This document shows, piece after piece, positions 7,603-24,274 of a DNA stretch of 51,659 nt. Source of the DNA: Planctomycetota bacterium (GTDB lineage: Bacteria > Planctomycetota > B15-G4 > SIAN01); the NCBI GenBank assembly GCA_016872815.1, contig VGYY01000001.1, positions 1 through 51,659 of the forward strand. Direction: 5' to 3'. Positions within the stretch are counted from its first letter, which is position 1. Each line of letters opens with the position of its first letter. Below the pieces are notes generated by a model. That model saw nothing but the letters and a program-made list of their open reading frames with translations. It was not told the DNA's origin and searched no databases. The position numbers were made by a program, and so were the translations under genes.

Positions 7603-8802
7603 ATGGCGAAGGGTGTTTTCGAGCGCAAGAAGCCGCACGTGAACGTCGGCACGATCGGCCACATCGACCACGGCAAGACCACGCTGACCGCGGCGCTGAT
7701 GACCTATTCGGCAGCCAAGTACGGCGGCGCGGCGAAGTCGTACGCCGACATCGCCAAGGGCGGCACCGTGCGCGACGAGACGAAGACCGTCACGATCGCC
7801 GTGGCGCACGTCGAGTACGAGTCGGAGAAGCGCCACTACGCGCACATCGACTGCCCCGGCCACGCCGACTACATCAAGAACATGATCACCGGCGCGGCGC
7901 AGATGGACGGCGCCATCCTGGTGGTCTCCGCGGCTGACGGCCCGATGCCGCAGACGCGCGAGCACATCCTGCTGGCGAAGCAGGTCGGCGTGCCGCGCAT
8001 CTGCTGCTTCATGAACAAGTGCGACCTGGTCGACGACAAGGACCTGCTCGATCTGGTCGAGCTCGAGGTCCGCGAGCTGCTCAACAAGTACGAGTTCCCC
8101 GGCGACAAGACGCCGATCGTGCGCGGTCAGGCGCTCGCCGCCTACCAGGCGCCGACCGATCCCAAGGCGACCAAGTGCATCCAGGAGCTGCTCGACACGC
8201 TCGACACCTGGATCCCGGACCCGATCCGCGAGACGGACAAGCCGTTCCTGCTCTCGATCGAGGACGTCTTCTCGATCAAGGGGCGCGGCACCGTCGTCAC
8301 CGGCCGCGTCGAGCGCGGCGTGGTGAAGGTCGGCGAGTCCCTCGAGATCGTCGGCTTCGGCGACACCCAGAACACCACCTGCACCGGCGTCGAGATGTTC
8401 CAGAAGACGCTCGACGAGGGGCGGGCTGGCGACAACGTCGGCGTGCTCCTGCGCGGGATCGAGAAGGAGCAGGTGTTCCGCGGGATGGTGCTGGCGAAGC
8501 CGAAGTCGGTGACGCCGCACACGAAGTTCGACTGCCAGGTGTACATCCTGAGCAAGGAAGAGGGCGGCCGTCATTCGCCGTTCTTCAAGGGCTACAAGCC
8601 GCAGTTCTACTTCCGGACCACGGACGTGACGGGAAGCGCGACGGCGCTGCTCGGCGGCGCCGAGATGGTGATGCCGGGCGACAACGTGCAGATGACGGTC
8701 GAGCTCATCGCCAAGGTGGCGATGGAGGAAGGCCAGCGTTTCGCCATCCGCGAAGGCGGCAAGACCGTCGGCGCCGGCGTCGTCACCAAGATCCACGCCT
8801 GA
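7603..8802 (+). CDS. tuf: Elongation factor Tu
   Basis: 399 aa. [14 protein letters not shown] and NKCD GTPase motifs and full-length EF-Tu colinearity. SD-like caggagag upstream. Confidence 0.98.
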   Translation: MAKGVFERKKPHVNVGTIGHIDHGKTTLTAALMTYSAAKYGGAAKSYADIAKGGTVRDETKTVTIAVAHVEYESEKRHYAHIDCPGHADYIKNMITGAAQMDGAILVVSAADGPMPQTREHILLAKQVGVPRICCFMNKCDLVDDKDLLDLVELEVRELLNKYEFPGDKTPIVRGQALAAYQAPTDPKATKCIQELLDTLDTWIPDPIRETDKPFLLSIEDVFSIKGRGTVVTGRVERGVVKVGESLEIVGFGDTQNTTCTGVEMFQKTLDEGRAGDNVGVLLRGIEKEQVFRGMVLAKPKSVTPHTKFDCQVYILSKEEGGRHSPFFKGYKPQFYFRTTDVTGSATALLGGAEMVMPGDNVQMTVELIAKVAMEEGQRFAIREGGKTVGAGVVTKIHA

Positions 8803-8822
8803 GCTTCCGCGTCGTGGCGGCG

Positions 8823-8844
8823 CCGACAGCCGTACGGCTGGCGG
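8823..8844 (+). terminator. Hairpin 3' of tuf (possible attenuator or processing site)
   Basis: CCGACAGCC-GTAC-GGCTGGCGG: about 8 bp with one mismatch around the CAGCCGTACGGCTG palindrome. No U-tract. Confidence 0.2.
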
Positions 8845-8924
8845 TCCTCCGCGACGGCGGCGGGTTCGCACGGCAGGGGTCAGCGCCACGGCGCTGGCCC
8901 CCCAAAGAAGCGGCAGGTTGACTC

Positions 8925-9074
8925 ATGCGCGAGTGGATGTTTCTCGAGTGCGGCGAATGCGGCAACCGGAACTACCGGACGCCGAAGGATCCGAAGGACA
9001 CGAACAAGCTCGACCTCAAGAAGTACTGCAAGTTCTGTCGCGGACACCGCTCGCACAAGGAGAAGCGGAAGTAG
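8925..9074 (+). CDS. rpmG: 50S ribosomal protein L33 (Cys4 zinc-ribbon form)
   Basis: Hand-translated 49 aa: [49 protein letters not shown]. Below the ORF-track length cutoff. Canonical position before secE. Confidence 0.9.
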   Translation: MREWMFLECGECGNRNYRTPKDPKDTNKLDLKKYCKFCRGHRSHKEKRK

Positions 9075-9171
9075 CCAGATCGCGCTGGCCGGACGCCGGT
9101 TCGGCCAGGGCGCCAGCTTTCGGGAGAACCGACGGCATCGCGCCGCGGCTCGCACGGACCGAGAGGGATCG

Positions 9172-9615
9172 ATGTTCAACTACAGGCCGGGTGAAGGTGG
9201 AATCGCCCGAGCGACCGCATTCTGGTCGCTCGCCGGCTTCGCTTTTTTCGCCGGTCACCGTTTTTATCTCTGGTCGCAGCGCTTCGAGTTCTTCGACAAC
9301 GACCTCCTCGGCTCCGAGATCCCGGTCCTCGGGATGCCGCTCACGCCGGGGTTCATCGGCGGGCTCGTGCTCTTCGCCATCGCCGTGTACGGCATCCGGC
9401 GCCTCGTCAACGCGCCGAAGATCGCCGACCTGCTGATCGACACTGAACTCGAGATGAAGAAGGTCACTTGGCCCTCCTTCGACGAGGCGCGCAAGGCGTC
9501 GGTCATCGTCATCGCCTGCATCGTCGTCCTGACCGGCTTCCTGCTGCTCGCCGACTTCGGGCTGGAGCGCTTCTTCTTCGACGTCCTCTACGGAGGTTCG
9601 GCCGATGGGCGGTGA
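9172..9615 (+). CDS. secE: Preprotein translocase subunit SecE (three hydrophobic segments)
   Basis: 147 aa. C-terminal ...ELEMKKVTWPSFDEARKASVIVIACIVVLTGFLLLAD matches the conserved SecE TM region. Lies between rpmG and nusG. Confidence 0.85.
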   Translation: MFNYRPGEGGIARATAFWSLAGFAFFAGHRFYLWSQRFEFFDNDLLGSEIPVLGMPLTPGFIGGLVLFAIAVYGIRRLVNAPKIADLLIDTELEMKKVTWPSFDEARKASVIVIACIVVLTGFLLLADFGLERFFFDVLYGGSADGR

Positions 9616-10174
9616 GACGGCCAGTCCGACCGCCGGCGCTCCCAAGGAGTTCCGCTGGTACGTGGTGCGCGTCGCGTCCAACCGCGAGGAGCGCGTGCGC
9701 GACAACCTGTTGGCGCGCGTGAAGGCCGCCGCCAAGAGCGAGCGGGTGCGCAACGTCCTCGTGCCGACCGAGAAGTTCACCGAGATCAAGGGCGGCAAGC
9801 GGCGCGAGGGCCAGCGGAAGATCTTCCCCGGCTACATCCTGGTCGAGATGCTCCTCGACGAGGAGACGTGGTACCTCGTCCGCGGCACCAGCGGCATCGG
9901 CGACTTCATCGGCTCGGAGAATCTCCCGATGCCGATGGAGCCGCACGAAGCGGAGAAGCTGGTCGGCGGGCTGAAGTCGACCGAGGAGAAGCCGAAGCTC
10001 GACATCCAGTTCGGCGCCGGCGACAAGGTGAAGATCAAGGAAGGCCCGTTCGAGAACTTCAGCGGCGTCGTCGCCGAGGTTCATCCGCAGAAGGGGCTGG
10101 TCCGGGTGAACGTGATGATCTTCGGTCGGGAGACGCCGGTCGAACTCGAGTACTGGCAGGTCGAGAAGATCTGA
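9605..10174 (+). CDS. nusG: Transcription termination/antitermination factor NusG
   Basis: 189 aa. WYVVRV...E..V...L NGN domain and a C-terminal KOW (GDKVKIKEGPFENFSGVV). Overlaps the secE stop. Confidence 0.95.
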   Translation: MGGETASPTAGAPKEFRWYVVRVASNREERVRDNLLARVKAAAKSERVRNVLVPTEKFTEIKGGKRREGQRKIFPGYILVEMLLDEETWYLVRGTSGIGDFIGSENLPMPMEPHEAEKLVGGLKSTEEKPKLDIQFGAGDKVKIKEGPFENFSGVVAEVHPQKGLVRVNVMIFGRETPVELEYWQVEKI

Positions 10175-10257
10175 GCGCGAGGTCGTTGTGCCGCGCCGCG
10201 CCGGGATGACCCTGCGTGGTGCACGAGCCGGCGGGATGCCGCGGGCAACAGGAGATC

Positions 10258-10698
10258 GTGGTGGCTGCTGCAGGATCGAAGGAAGTTCAGGTCGTGATCA
10301 AGCTGGCGCTGAACGCGGGACAGGCGACGCCTGCCCCGCCGGTCGGCACCGCGCTCGGTCCGCACGGCATCAACATCGGCATGTTCGTGAAGCAGTACAA
10401 CGACGCCACCCGCGCCCAGCAGGGGACGGTGGTGCCGGTGGAACTCACGATCTTCAAGGACAAGAGCTTCTCCTTCGTCCTGAAGACGCCGCCGGCTTCG
10501 GTGCTGCTGAAGAAGGCGGCGAACATCGCGAAGGGCTCGGGGATCTCCGGCAAGGAGACGGTCGGCACCGTCACCCGGAAGCAGGTCGAGGAGATCGCGA
10601 AGATCAAGCTGCCCGATCTGCGCGCCAATTCGATTGGCGCCGCGATGCGGGTGGTCGAGGGGACGGCCCGCTCGATGGGAGTGAAGGTCGAGGGGTGA
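10258..10698 (+). CDS. rplK: 50S ribosomal protein L11
   Basis: [29 protein letters not shown] chose the GTG at 10258, which follows caggagatc, over the track start at 10216. Confidence 0.93.
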   Translation: MVAAAGSKEVQVVIKLALNAGQATPAPPVGTALGPHGINIGMFVKQYNDATRAQQGTVVPVELTIFKDKSFSFVLKTPPASVLLKKAANIAKGSGISGKETVGTVTRKQVEEIAKIKLPDLRANSIGAAMRVVEGTARSMGVKVEG

Positions 10699-10814
10699 TC
10701 GGTGGTGGGTGGCGCCGGTGGTCGCGCGCGCGATCACGGACGCCGGTGGGCTTCGCTCGACGCGCCGTGACGGCCGCGAGCGGAACGGGACTGAAGAGCA
10801 GGTAGCGAGACAAC

Positions 10815-11498
10815 ATGCGAAAGCGTTCCAAGCGCTACCAGGAGAACCAGAAGGTGCTCGGCGGCCGCCGCAGCGCCCCGCTCGGCGAAGCGGTGGCTCT
10901 CCTGAAGCAACTGAAGGCGCCGAAGTTCGACGAGACGGTGGACATCGCGGTCCGCCTCGGCATCGACACGAAGAAGTCGGACCAGATCGTCCGCGGAGCG
11001 ATCTCGCTCCCGCACGGCGTGGGCAAGACGGCGCGTGTCATCTGCTTCGCCAAGGGCGACCGGATCGACGTGGCGAAGGCCGCCGGCGCGGTCGAGGTCG
11101 GCGGGGAGGAACTGGCGAAGCGGATCACCGACGGGTGGTTCGACTTCGACGTCGTGGTCGCCGCGCCCGACATGATGGGCATCGTCGGACGCCTCGGCAA
11201 AGTGCTCGGCCCGCAGGGCAAGATGCCGTCGCCCAAGAACGGGACGGTGACCCCGGACGTCGGTGCCGCGGTGCGCGAGTTCGCCGCCGGCAAGGTGCAG
11301 GTGCGCGCCGATGCCCATGGCATCGTCCATGCGCCGGTCGCCAAGCGGTCGTTCGCGCCGGAGAAGATCGTCGCGAACATCGAGGCGATCCTCGGGTTCA
11401 TCAAGTCGCAGAAGCCGGCGGCGTCGAAGGGCGTCTACATCCAGAGCGTCGCACTCTCGACGTCGATGGGCCCGGGCCTCTTCGTGGAGGGCGTCTGA
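10815..11498 (+). CDS. rplA: 50S ribosomal protein L1
   Basis: 227 aa. KRYQE...FDETVDIAVRLGID...DQIVRGAISLPHG. Confidence 0.96.
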   Translation: MRKRSKRYQENQKVLGGRRSAPLGEAVALLKQLKAPKFDETVDIAVRLGIDTKKSDQIVRGAISLPHGVGKTARVICFAKGDRIDVAKAAGAVEVGGEELAKRITDGWFDFDVVVAAPDMMGIVGRLGKVLGPQGKMPSPKNGTVTPDVGAAVREFAAGKVQVRADAHGIVHAPVAKRSFAPEKIVANIEAILGFIKSQKPAASKGVYIQSVALSTSMGPGLFVEGV

Positions 11499-11501
11499 GC
11501 C

Positions 11502-12032
11502 ATGCCGAATCGCATCAACAAGGCGGTCATCTCCGAGTACCAGCGGCGGCTCGGCAGCAGCCCGGACTTCGTCGCGGTCGACACGGTCGGCCTCTCGGTG
11601 GCCCAGTTCACCGACCTGCGCCGGCTGGCGCGCGACAAGGGCGTCCAGGTGCTGGTGGTGAAGACCTCGCTCGCCTGCGTGGCGCTGCAGGATGCGGTGC
11701 AGCCCGACGCGCTGCGCGGCGTCCTGGCCGGATCGACGGCGCTGATCTTCGGTGGCGAGGGACTCCCGGTCGCCGCGCGCCTGGTCGCCGACTACGGCAA
11801 GAAGACCGGCAAGCTGGCGGTTCGCGGCGGGCTGTTCGAGAAGAAGATCCTGACGGCCGGTGAGGTCGCGAAGTTCAAGGACATCCCCGATCGGCGCACG
11901 TTGCTGGCCCAGGTGCTCTCGGCGGTCACGGCGCCGCTCACCGGCGTGCTCGGTCTCACGCAGAACCTGCTCTCGTCGCCGGCGGCGCTCGCAGAAGCGC
12001 TGGCGAAGAAGCAGGAGAACTCGGCCGCATGA
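11502..12032 (+). CDS. rplJ: 50S ribosomal protein L10
   Basis: 176 aa. Position between rplA and rplL, with an L10-like N-terminal domain. Starts 3 nt after the rplA stop. Confidence 0.9.
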   Translation: MPNRINKAVISEYQRRLGSSPDFVAVDTVGLSVAQFTDLRRLARDKGVQVLVVKTSLACVALQDAVQPDALRGVLAGSTALIFGGEGLPVAARLVADYGKKTGKLAVRGGLFEKKILTAGEVAKFKDIPDRRTLLAQVLSAVTAPLTGVLGLTQNLLSSPAALAEALAKKQENSAA

Positions 12033-12178
12033 CGGGGATGCGCGGGTGACTCGAGGCGCGCCCCGCGAGGGGCGGGCCACCCGTCAGGTGTCGGCGTGGC
12101 GCCGACGGCGGGAAGCAGATCTTGGCAAATCGATGGAAGTGCGCCTCACGGCGCCTTGACTGAATCACGGAGGATGCG

Positions 12179-12601
12179 ATGTCGCAGGCGATCATGGACC
12201 GACTCAACGCTCTCGCGGAGGGTTCGTCCAAGCAGGTGTTGACGGCGATCTCGAAGATGACGGTGCTCGAGCTCGCGCAGTTCAAGAAGGACTTCGAGAC
12301 CGTCTTCGAGGTGCAGGCGGCCGCGGCGGTCGCGGTGGCGGCGCCGGGCGCCGGCGGCGGCGGCGGCGGCGAGGCGAAGGCCGAGGCGAAGACCGCCTTC
12401 GACGTCGTCCTCACGGCCTCGGGCGACAAGAAGATCCAGGTCATCAAGGTGGTCCGCGAGATCACCGGGCTGGGTCTGAAGGAAGCCAAGGACCTCGTCG
12501 AGGGTGCGCCCAAGTCGGTGAAGGCGGGCGTCTCCAAGGAAGAGGCCGAGGAAATCAAGAAGAAGCTCACGGAGAACGGCGCCACCGTCGAGATCAAGTG
12601 A
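12179..12601 (+). CDS. rplL: 50S ribosomal protein L7/L12 (long Ala/Gly hinge)
   Basis: 140 aa. C-terminal [45 protein letters not shown]...GA.VE.K. SD-like ggagg upstream. Confidence 0.96.
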   Translation: MSQAIMDRLNALAEGSSKQVLTAISKMTVLELAQFKKDFETVFEVQAAAAVAVAAPGAGGGGGGEAKAEAKTAFDVVLTASGDKKIQVIKVVREITGLGLKEAKDLVEGAPKSVKAGVSKEEAEEIKKKLTENGATVEIK

Positions 12602-12632
12602 CGCGACTTCTCGCATCCTTTCGGTGAGAACG

Positions 12633-12660
12633 CCCGACCCGCGCGTGCGCGTGGGCCGGG
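12633..12660 (+). terminator. GC-rich hairpin in the rplL-rpoB spacer (attenuator candidate)
   Basis: CCCGACCCGCGC...GCGCGTGGGCCGGG: about 11 bp with one mismatch and one G-U pair. Positionally analogous to the E. coli rplL-rpoB attenuator. Confidence 0.25.
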
Positions 12661-12710
12661 CGAGCGCGCTTGGGGTAAGACCCGTTCCTTCGCAGAGCTG
12701 AGAGGGCCGC

Positions 12711-16388
<3,678 letters not shown>

Positions 16389-16495
16389 GATCGGCCTGTC
16401 CGGCGACGCGCGGCCGCCCTGCGCGTCGTCGGTCGGGTCGAGGGCCAGGGATCGGCCGGCGGCGGCCGCTCCCGCGACGATGAGGTGCGAACCAG

Positions 16496-20626
<4,131 letters not shown>

Positions 20627-20728
20627 CCTGGCCGCCCGCCGACGGATTGAAGTCTTCCAGCGAATCGCTTGAATCAGCGGCCCTTTTCCGGGCCCTTGAC
20701 GTGGCGCCCGCGAGGGCCTGAGGAATCC

Positions 20729-21103
20729 ATGCCGACGATCAACCAGTTGGTCCGCAAGGGCCGCGACCTGAAGGCGAAGCGCAAGAACTCGCCGGCGCTG
20801 GAGGCGTGCCCCCAGAAGCGCGGCGTCTGCACCATCGTCCGCACGATGACGCCGAAGAAGCCGAACTCGGCGCTGCGCAAGATCGCCCGCGTCAAGCTGT
20901 CGACCGGCAAGGAAGTGACCGCCTACATCGGCGGCGTCGGTCACAACCTGCAGGAGCACTCGATCGTGCTCGTCCGCGGCGGGCGCGTCCCCGACCTCCC
21001 CGGCGTGCGCTACCACATCGTGCGCGGCACGCTCGACTCGGCCGGCGTGACCGACCGCAAGCAGGGGCGCTCGCTGTACGGCGCCAAGCGTCCGAAGACC
21101 TGA
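20729..21103 (+). CDS. rpsL: 30S ribosomal protein S12
   Basis: [12 protein letters not shown]...[10 protein letters not shown]...[13 protein letters not shown]. Start moved from the track's 20669 to the ATG after gaggaatcc. Confidence 0.97.
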   Translation: MPTINQLVRKGRDLKAKRKNSPALEACPQKRGVCTIVRTMTPKKPNSALRKIARVKLSTGKEVTAYIGGVGHNLQEHSIVLVRGGRVPDLPGVRYHIVRGTLDSAGVTDRKQGRSLYGAKRPKT

Positions 21104-21142
21104 TCCGACCCCGCATCGTCCGCACCGGACTGAAGAGCACCC

Positions 21143-21616
21143 ATGCCACGGAAGTACGAGTCGACCGAGAAGTTCCTGCGCCCCGATCCGCGCTTCGGCA
21201 GCAAGCTGATCGCGCGTTTCGTCAACTGCGTGATGACGGGCGGAAAGAAGACCACCGCGCAGTCGGTCGTCTACGACGCGCTCGATCTCCTGAAGAAGAA
21301 GATCCCCGAGCGGGAACCGGTCGACGTCTTCACCGACGCGATCAACAACGTCAAGCCGATGGTCGAGGTGCGCTCCCGCCGCGTGGGTGGTGCGACGCTG
21401 CAGGTGCCGCATGAAGTGAAGCGGTCGCGGCAGCAGAGCCTGGCGATCCGCTGGATCCTGGAAGGCGCGCGCTCGAAGAAGGGCAAGCCGATGTGCAAGC
21501 GGCTGGCCGAGGAACTGTTCGACGCGTTCAACAAGCAGGGTTCCGCGTACACCAAGCGCGAGAACACCCACAAGATGGCCGAGGCGAACGAGGCCTTCGC
21601 CCACTTCGCCTGGTAA
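21143..21616 (+). CDS. rpsG: 30S ribosomal protein S7
   Basis: 157 aa. ...MTGGKKTTAQSVVYDAL...VEVRSRRVGGATLQVP...MAEANEAFAHFAW. Confidence 0.97.
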   Translation: MPRKYESTEKFLRPDPRFGSKLIARFVNCVMTGGKKTTAQSVVYDALDLLKKKIPEREPVDVFTDAINNVKPMVEVRSRRVGGATLQVPHEVKRSRQQSLAIRWILEGARSKKGKPMCKRLAEELFDAFNKQGSAYTKRENTHKMAEANEAFAHFAW

Positions 21617-21787
21617 GCGGCTCGCGGCGAGGCCGCATCTGCTTCGTCGGCCAGGCTCGTTGGCTCCTTTCGGAGCCAGACTTCGCTCTACGCCTCCTTG
21701 CATCTGCGGCCTCGGCGCTTCGTCCGAGGAGCGCCGCTTGAACGGCCGGCCGAGGATGGCGCGCGAGGGCTGACTTTCTCGACGCAA

Positions 21788-21811
21788 GACGACCCGCGTG
21801 AGCGGGTCGTT
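21788..21811 (+). terminator. Intrinsic-terminator-like hairpin between rpsG and fusA
   Basis: ACGACCCGC-GTGA-GCGGGTCGT: 9 bp with a GNRA loop, followed by TCGCGTTTC (short, imperfect U-tract). Confidence 0.4.
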
Positions 21812-21900
21812 CGCGTTTCAGGGGCGCTTGATGCGGTCGGGATATGCTCCGCCGCTTCGTTGATTCGCGCCAGTCGGCGCTGCCTTGAACCGAGCCATGA

Positions 21901-23952
21901 ATGTCCGTCGCCCTCGAGAACGTCCGCAACATCGGCATCGTCGCCCACATCGACGCCGGCAAGACCACGCTCAGCGAACGCATCCTCTACTACACGAAGA
22001 AGGAGCATCGCATGGGCACGGTGGACGAGGGCACCGCGAAGATGGACTACCTCGAGGAGGAGCAGCAGCGCGGGATCACCATCACGTCGGCCGCGACCAC
22101 CTGCCACTGGAAGGGGCATCACGTCAACCTGATCGACACCCCGGGCCACGTCGACTTCACGGCCGAGGTCGAGCGTTCGCTGTCGGTCCTCGATGGCGCG
22201 GTCGGCGTCTTCTGCGGCGTCGCCGGCGTGCAGGCGCAGTCGGAGACCGTCTGGCGACAGGCCGACCGCCATCACGTTCCGCGCATCGTCTTCATCAACA
22301 AGCTGGACCGCACCGGTGCCGACCCCGACCGCGCGGTCCGCTCGATCCGCGAGCGGCTCAAGGCCAACGCGGTCCCGGTGCAGCTGCCGATCGGCCGCGA
22401 ACGCGACTTCTCCGGTGTCGTCGACCTCGTGGCCGGGAGGGCGATGATGTGGACCGACGAGCTCGGCGAGCAGTTCGTCGAGCAGCCGATCCCGCAGGCG
22501 CTGCGCGATGACGCCACGCTGGCGCGCGAGGACCTGGTCGAGCAGGTCGCCAACGTCGACGACGAGCTGTCGCTGGCGTTCCTCGAGGGCCGGACGATCG
22601 ATGCGGCGACGCTGAAGGCGGCGATCCGTCGCGCGGTGCTGGCGCGGAAGCTCGTGCCGGTCTTCTTCGGCGCGGCGCTGCGCAACCGCGGCGTCCAGCC
22701 GGTCCTCGACGGCGTCATCGACTACTTGCCGTCCCCGGGCGACATGGGGGTCATGGAGGTCGAGCGCGTCGATGGCAAGGGCAAGGAACGCTTCGCGCCG
22801 CAGCCCGACGCCGATCTGCTCGCACTGGCGTTCAAGACCATCCACGACAGCCACGGCGACCTGACGTTCGTGCGCATCTACAGCGGGACCCTGCGCACCA
22901 ACCAGTCGGTGTTCAACACGCGCGAGCAGAAGGCGGAACGGGTCGGGCGGCTCTATCGGATGCACGCCGACGAGCGCGAACCGGTGGAGGAGGTCGGTCC
23001 GGGCGACATCGTCGCCACGGTCGGGTTGCGCTTCACCAAGACCGGCGACACGCTCTGCCCGAAGCCGCGCGCCGTGCAGATCGGCGGGATGCTCTTCCCC
23101 GACACCGTGATCTCGCAGTCGATCGAGCCCAAGTCGGCAGCCGACCGCGATGCGCTGAACGAGGCGCTCACCTTCGTGGCGCGCGACGATCCGACCTTCC
23201 GCTACCGGATCGACGACGAGACCGGCCAGGCGATCGTCTCCGGGATGGGGGAGCTCCATCTCGAGATCGTCAGCAACCGCATCGCCCGCGACTACAAGGT
23301 GCCGATCCGCATCGGCAAGCCGCGCGTCGCCTACCGGCAGACCGCCGCGGTGGCCTGCGAGGGCGACGCGACGTTCAGCCACGTCTTCGCCGGCAAGCCG
23401 CAATTCGGTCGCATCCGCCTGCGCGTGGAGCCGCGCGAGGCGATCCAGCCGACGGTGAAGATCGCGCTGCCGAACGAGCGGGTGCATCGCCAGTTCTGGC
23501 TCGGGGTCGAGCTGGCGGCGAAGGCGGCGCTGAAGTCGGGCCTCGACCTCGGCTACCCGATCGTGCGCGTCCATGTCGAGGTGTTCGACGGCGAGACGCG
23601 CGAGGGCGAGACCACCGAGGCGGCGCTGGCGAAGGCGACGGACGACGCCTTCCATGCCGCCATGAAGGCCGCCGGAGTGGTGCTGCTCGAGCCGATCATG
23701 GCGTTCGAGGTGCAGACGCCGACCGAGTTCATGAAGTCGATCACCGGGGATCTCAACGCCCGGCGAGGGACCATCGAGCAGGTCGAGAACCTCGGAGAGA
23801 CGGCGAAGATCGCCGGCAAGGTGCCGCTGTCGGAGACGTTCGGCTACTCGACGGCGTTGCGTTCGATGTCGCAGGGGCGCGCCAGCTTCGCCATGCAGCC
23901 GGCCGACTACCTGCAGGTCCCAGCCGAAGTCGCGCGTGGACTCGCGTTCTGA
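21901..23952 (+). CDS. fusA: Elongation factor G (short, divergent form)
   Basis: 683 aa. [28 protein letters not shown] and NKLD motifs and five-domain colinearity. The ATG is abutted by an in-frame TGA. Confidence 0.95.
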   Translation: MSVALENVRNIGIVAHIDAGKTTLSERILYYTKKEHRMGTVDEGTAKMDYLEEEQQRGITITSAATTCHWKGHHVNLIDTPGHVDFTAEVERSLSVLDGAVGVFCGVAGVQAQSETVWRQADRHHVPRIVFINKLDRTGADPDRAVRSIRERLKANAVPVQLPIGRERDFSGVVDLVAGRAMMWTDELGEQFVEQPIPQALRDDATLAREDLVEQVANVDDELSLAFLEGRTIDAATLKAAIRRAVLARKLVPVFFGAALRNRGVQPVLDGVIDYLPSPGDMGVMEVERVDGKGKERFAPQPDADLLALAFKTIHDSHGDLTFVRIYSGTLRTNQSVFNTREQKAERVGRLYRMHADEREPVEEVGPGDIVATVGLRFTKTGDTLCPKPRAVQIGGMLFPDTVISQSIEPKSAADRDALNEALTFVARDDPTFRYRIDDETGQAIVSGMGELHLEIVSNRIARDYKVPIRIGKPRVAYRQTAAVACEGDATFSHVFAGKPQFGRIRLRVEPREAIQPTVKIALPNERVHRQFWLGVELAAKAALKSGLDLGYPIVRVHVEVFDGETREGETTEAALAKATDDAFHAAMKAAGVVLLEPIMAFEVQTPTEFMKSITGDLNARRGTIEQVENLGETAKIAGKVPLSETFGYSTALRSMSQGRASFAMQPADYLQVPAEVARGLAF

Positions 23953-24055
23953 GGCGGCTTGATCGCGCCTGCCAGCGACCGCGACCGCGGGAGCAGCGGA
24001 GCGGCGTGCAGGTGCGGCAAAGGCGCGGCCGCCCCGTTGACGGGTCAGAAAGCAG

Positions 24056-24083
24056 TTGACACCCGCCGGGCGACCCCTACCAT
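24056..24083 (+). promoter_or_regulatory. sigma70-like promoter candidate for the S10 block (TTGACA-16 nt-TACCAT)
   Basis: -35 at 24056-24061 and -10 at 24078-24083, about 190 nt upstream of the rpsJ ATG. A second TTGACG lies at 24037. Confidence 0.35.
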
Positions 24084-24274
24084 CTTCCGGCCCGCTTTTT
24101 CCGGCGGACCCATCGCAAGAGCCGCAACGAGAAGGAGCACCCTGACTCCCCTCGCCACCCGTCCCCCCGAGGACGGACAAGGCAAGGGCCGAGCGGGGTG
24201 TTCTCGACGTTGCTGATCGGCGGGTCTCCGGGAGTCGCCGGTCGAAGTTGACGCCGCTCGCCCGCGAGAAGCCC

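Noticed and set aside
8803-8924. Expected tRNA-Trp between tuf and rpmG
   Set aside because: I tried to fold the 122-nt spacer as a cloverleaf. There is no CCA-anticodon loop, no T arm (GGTTCGCAC has no complementary stem) and no acceptor pairing. Only a palindromic hairpin is present.
20695-20728. TTGACG-17-TGAGGA as a promoter giving a leaderless rpsL mRNA
   Set aside because: The putative -10 is poor, and the same GAGGA is ideally placed as the rpsL Shine-Dalgarno. The SD interpretation is simpler.
24142-24216. 24-codon ORF ([24 protein letters not shown]) 4 nt after a strong GAAGGAG in the S10 leader, as a possible leader peptide
   Set aside because: It would need a CTG start. It has no run of regulatory codons and no known analogue. 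The SD-like element is more safely treated as part of the leader RNA structure.
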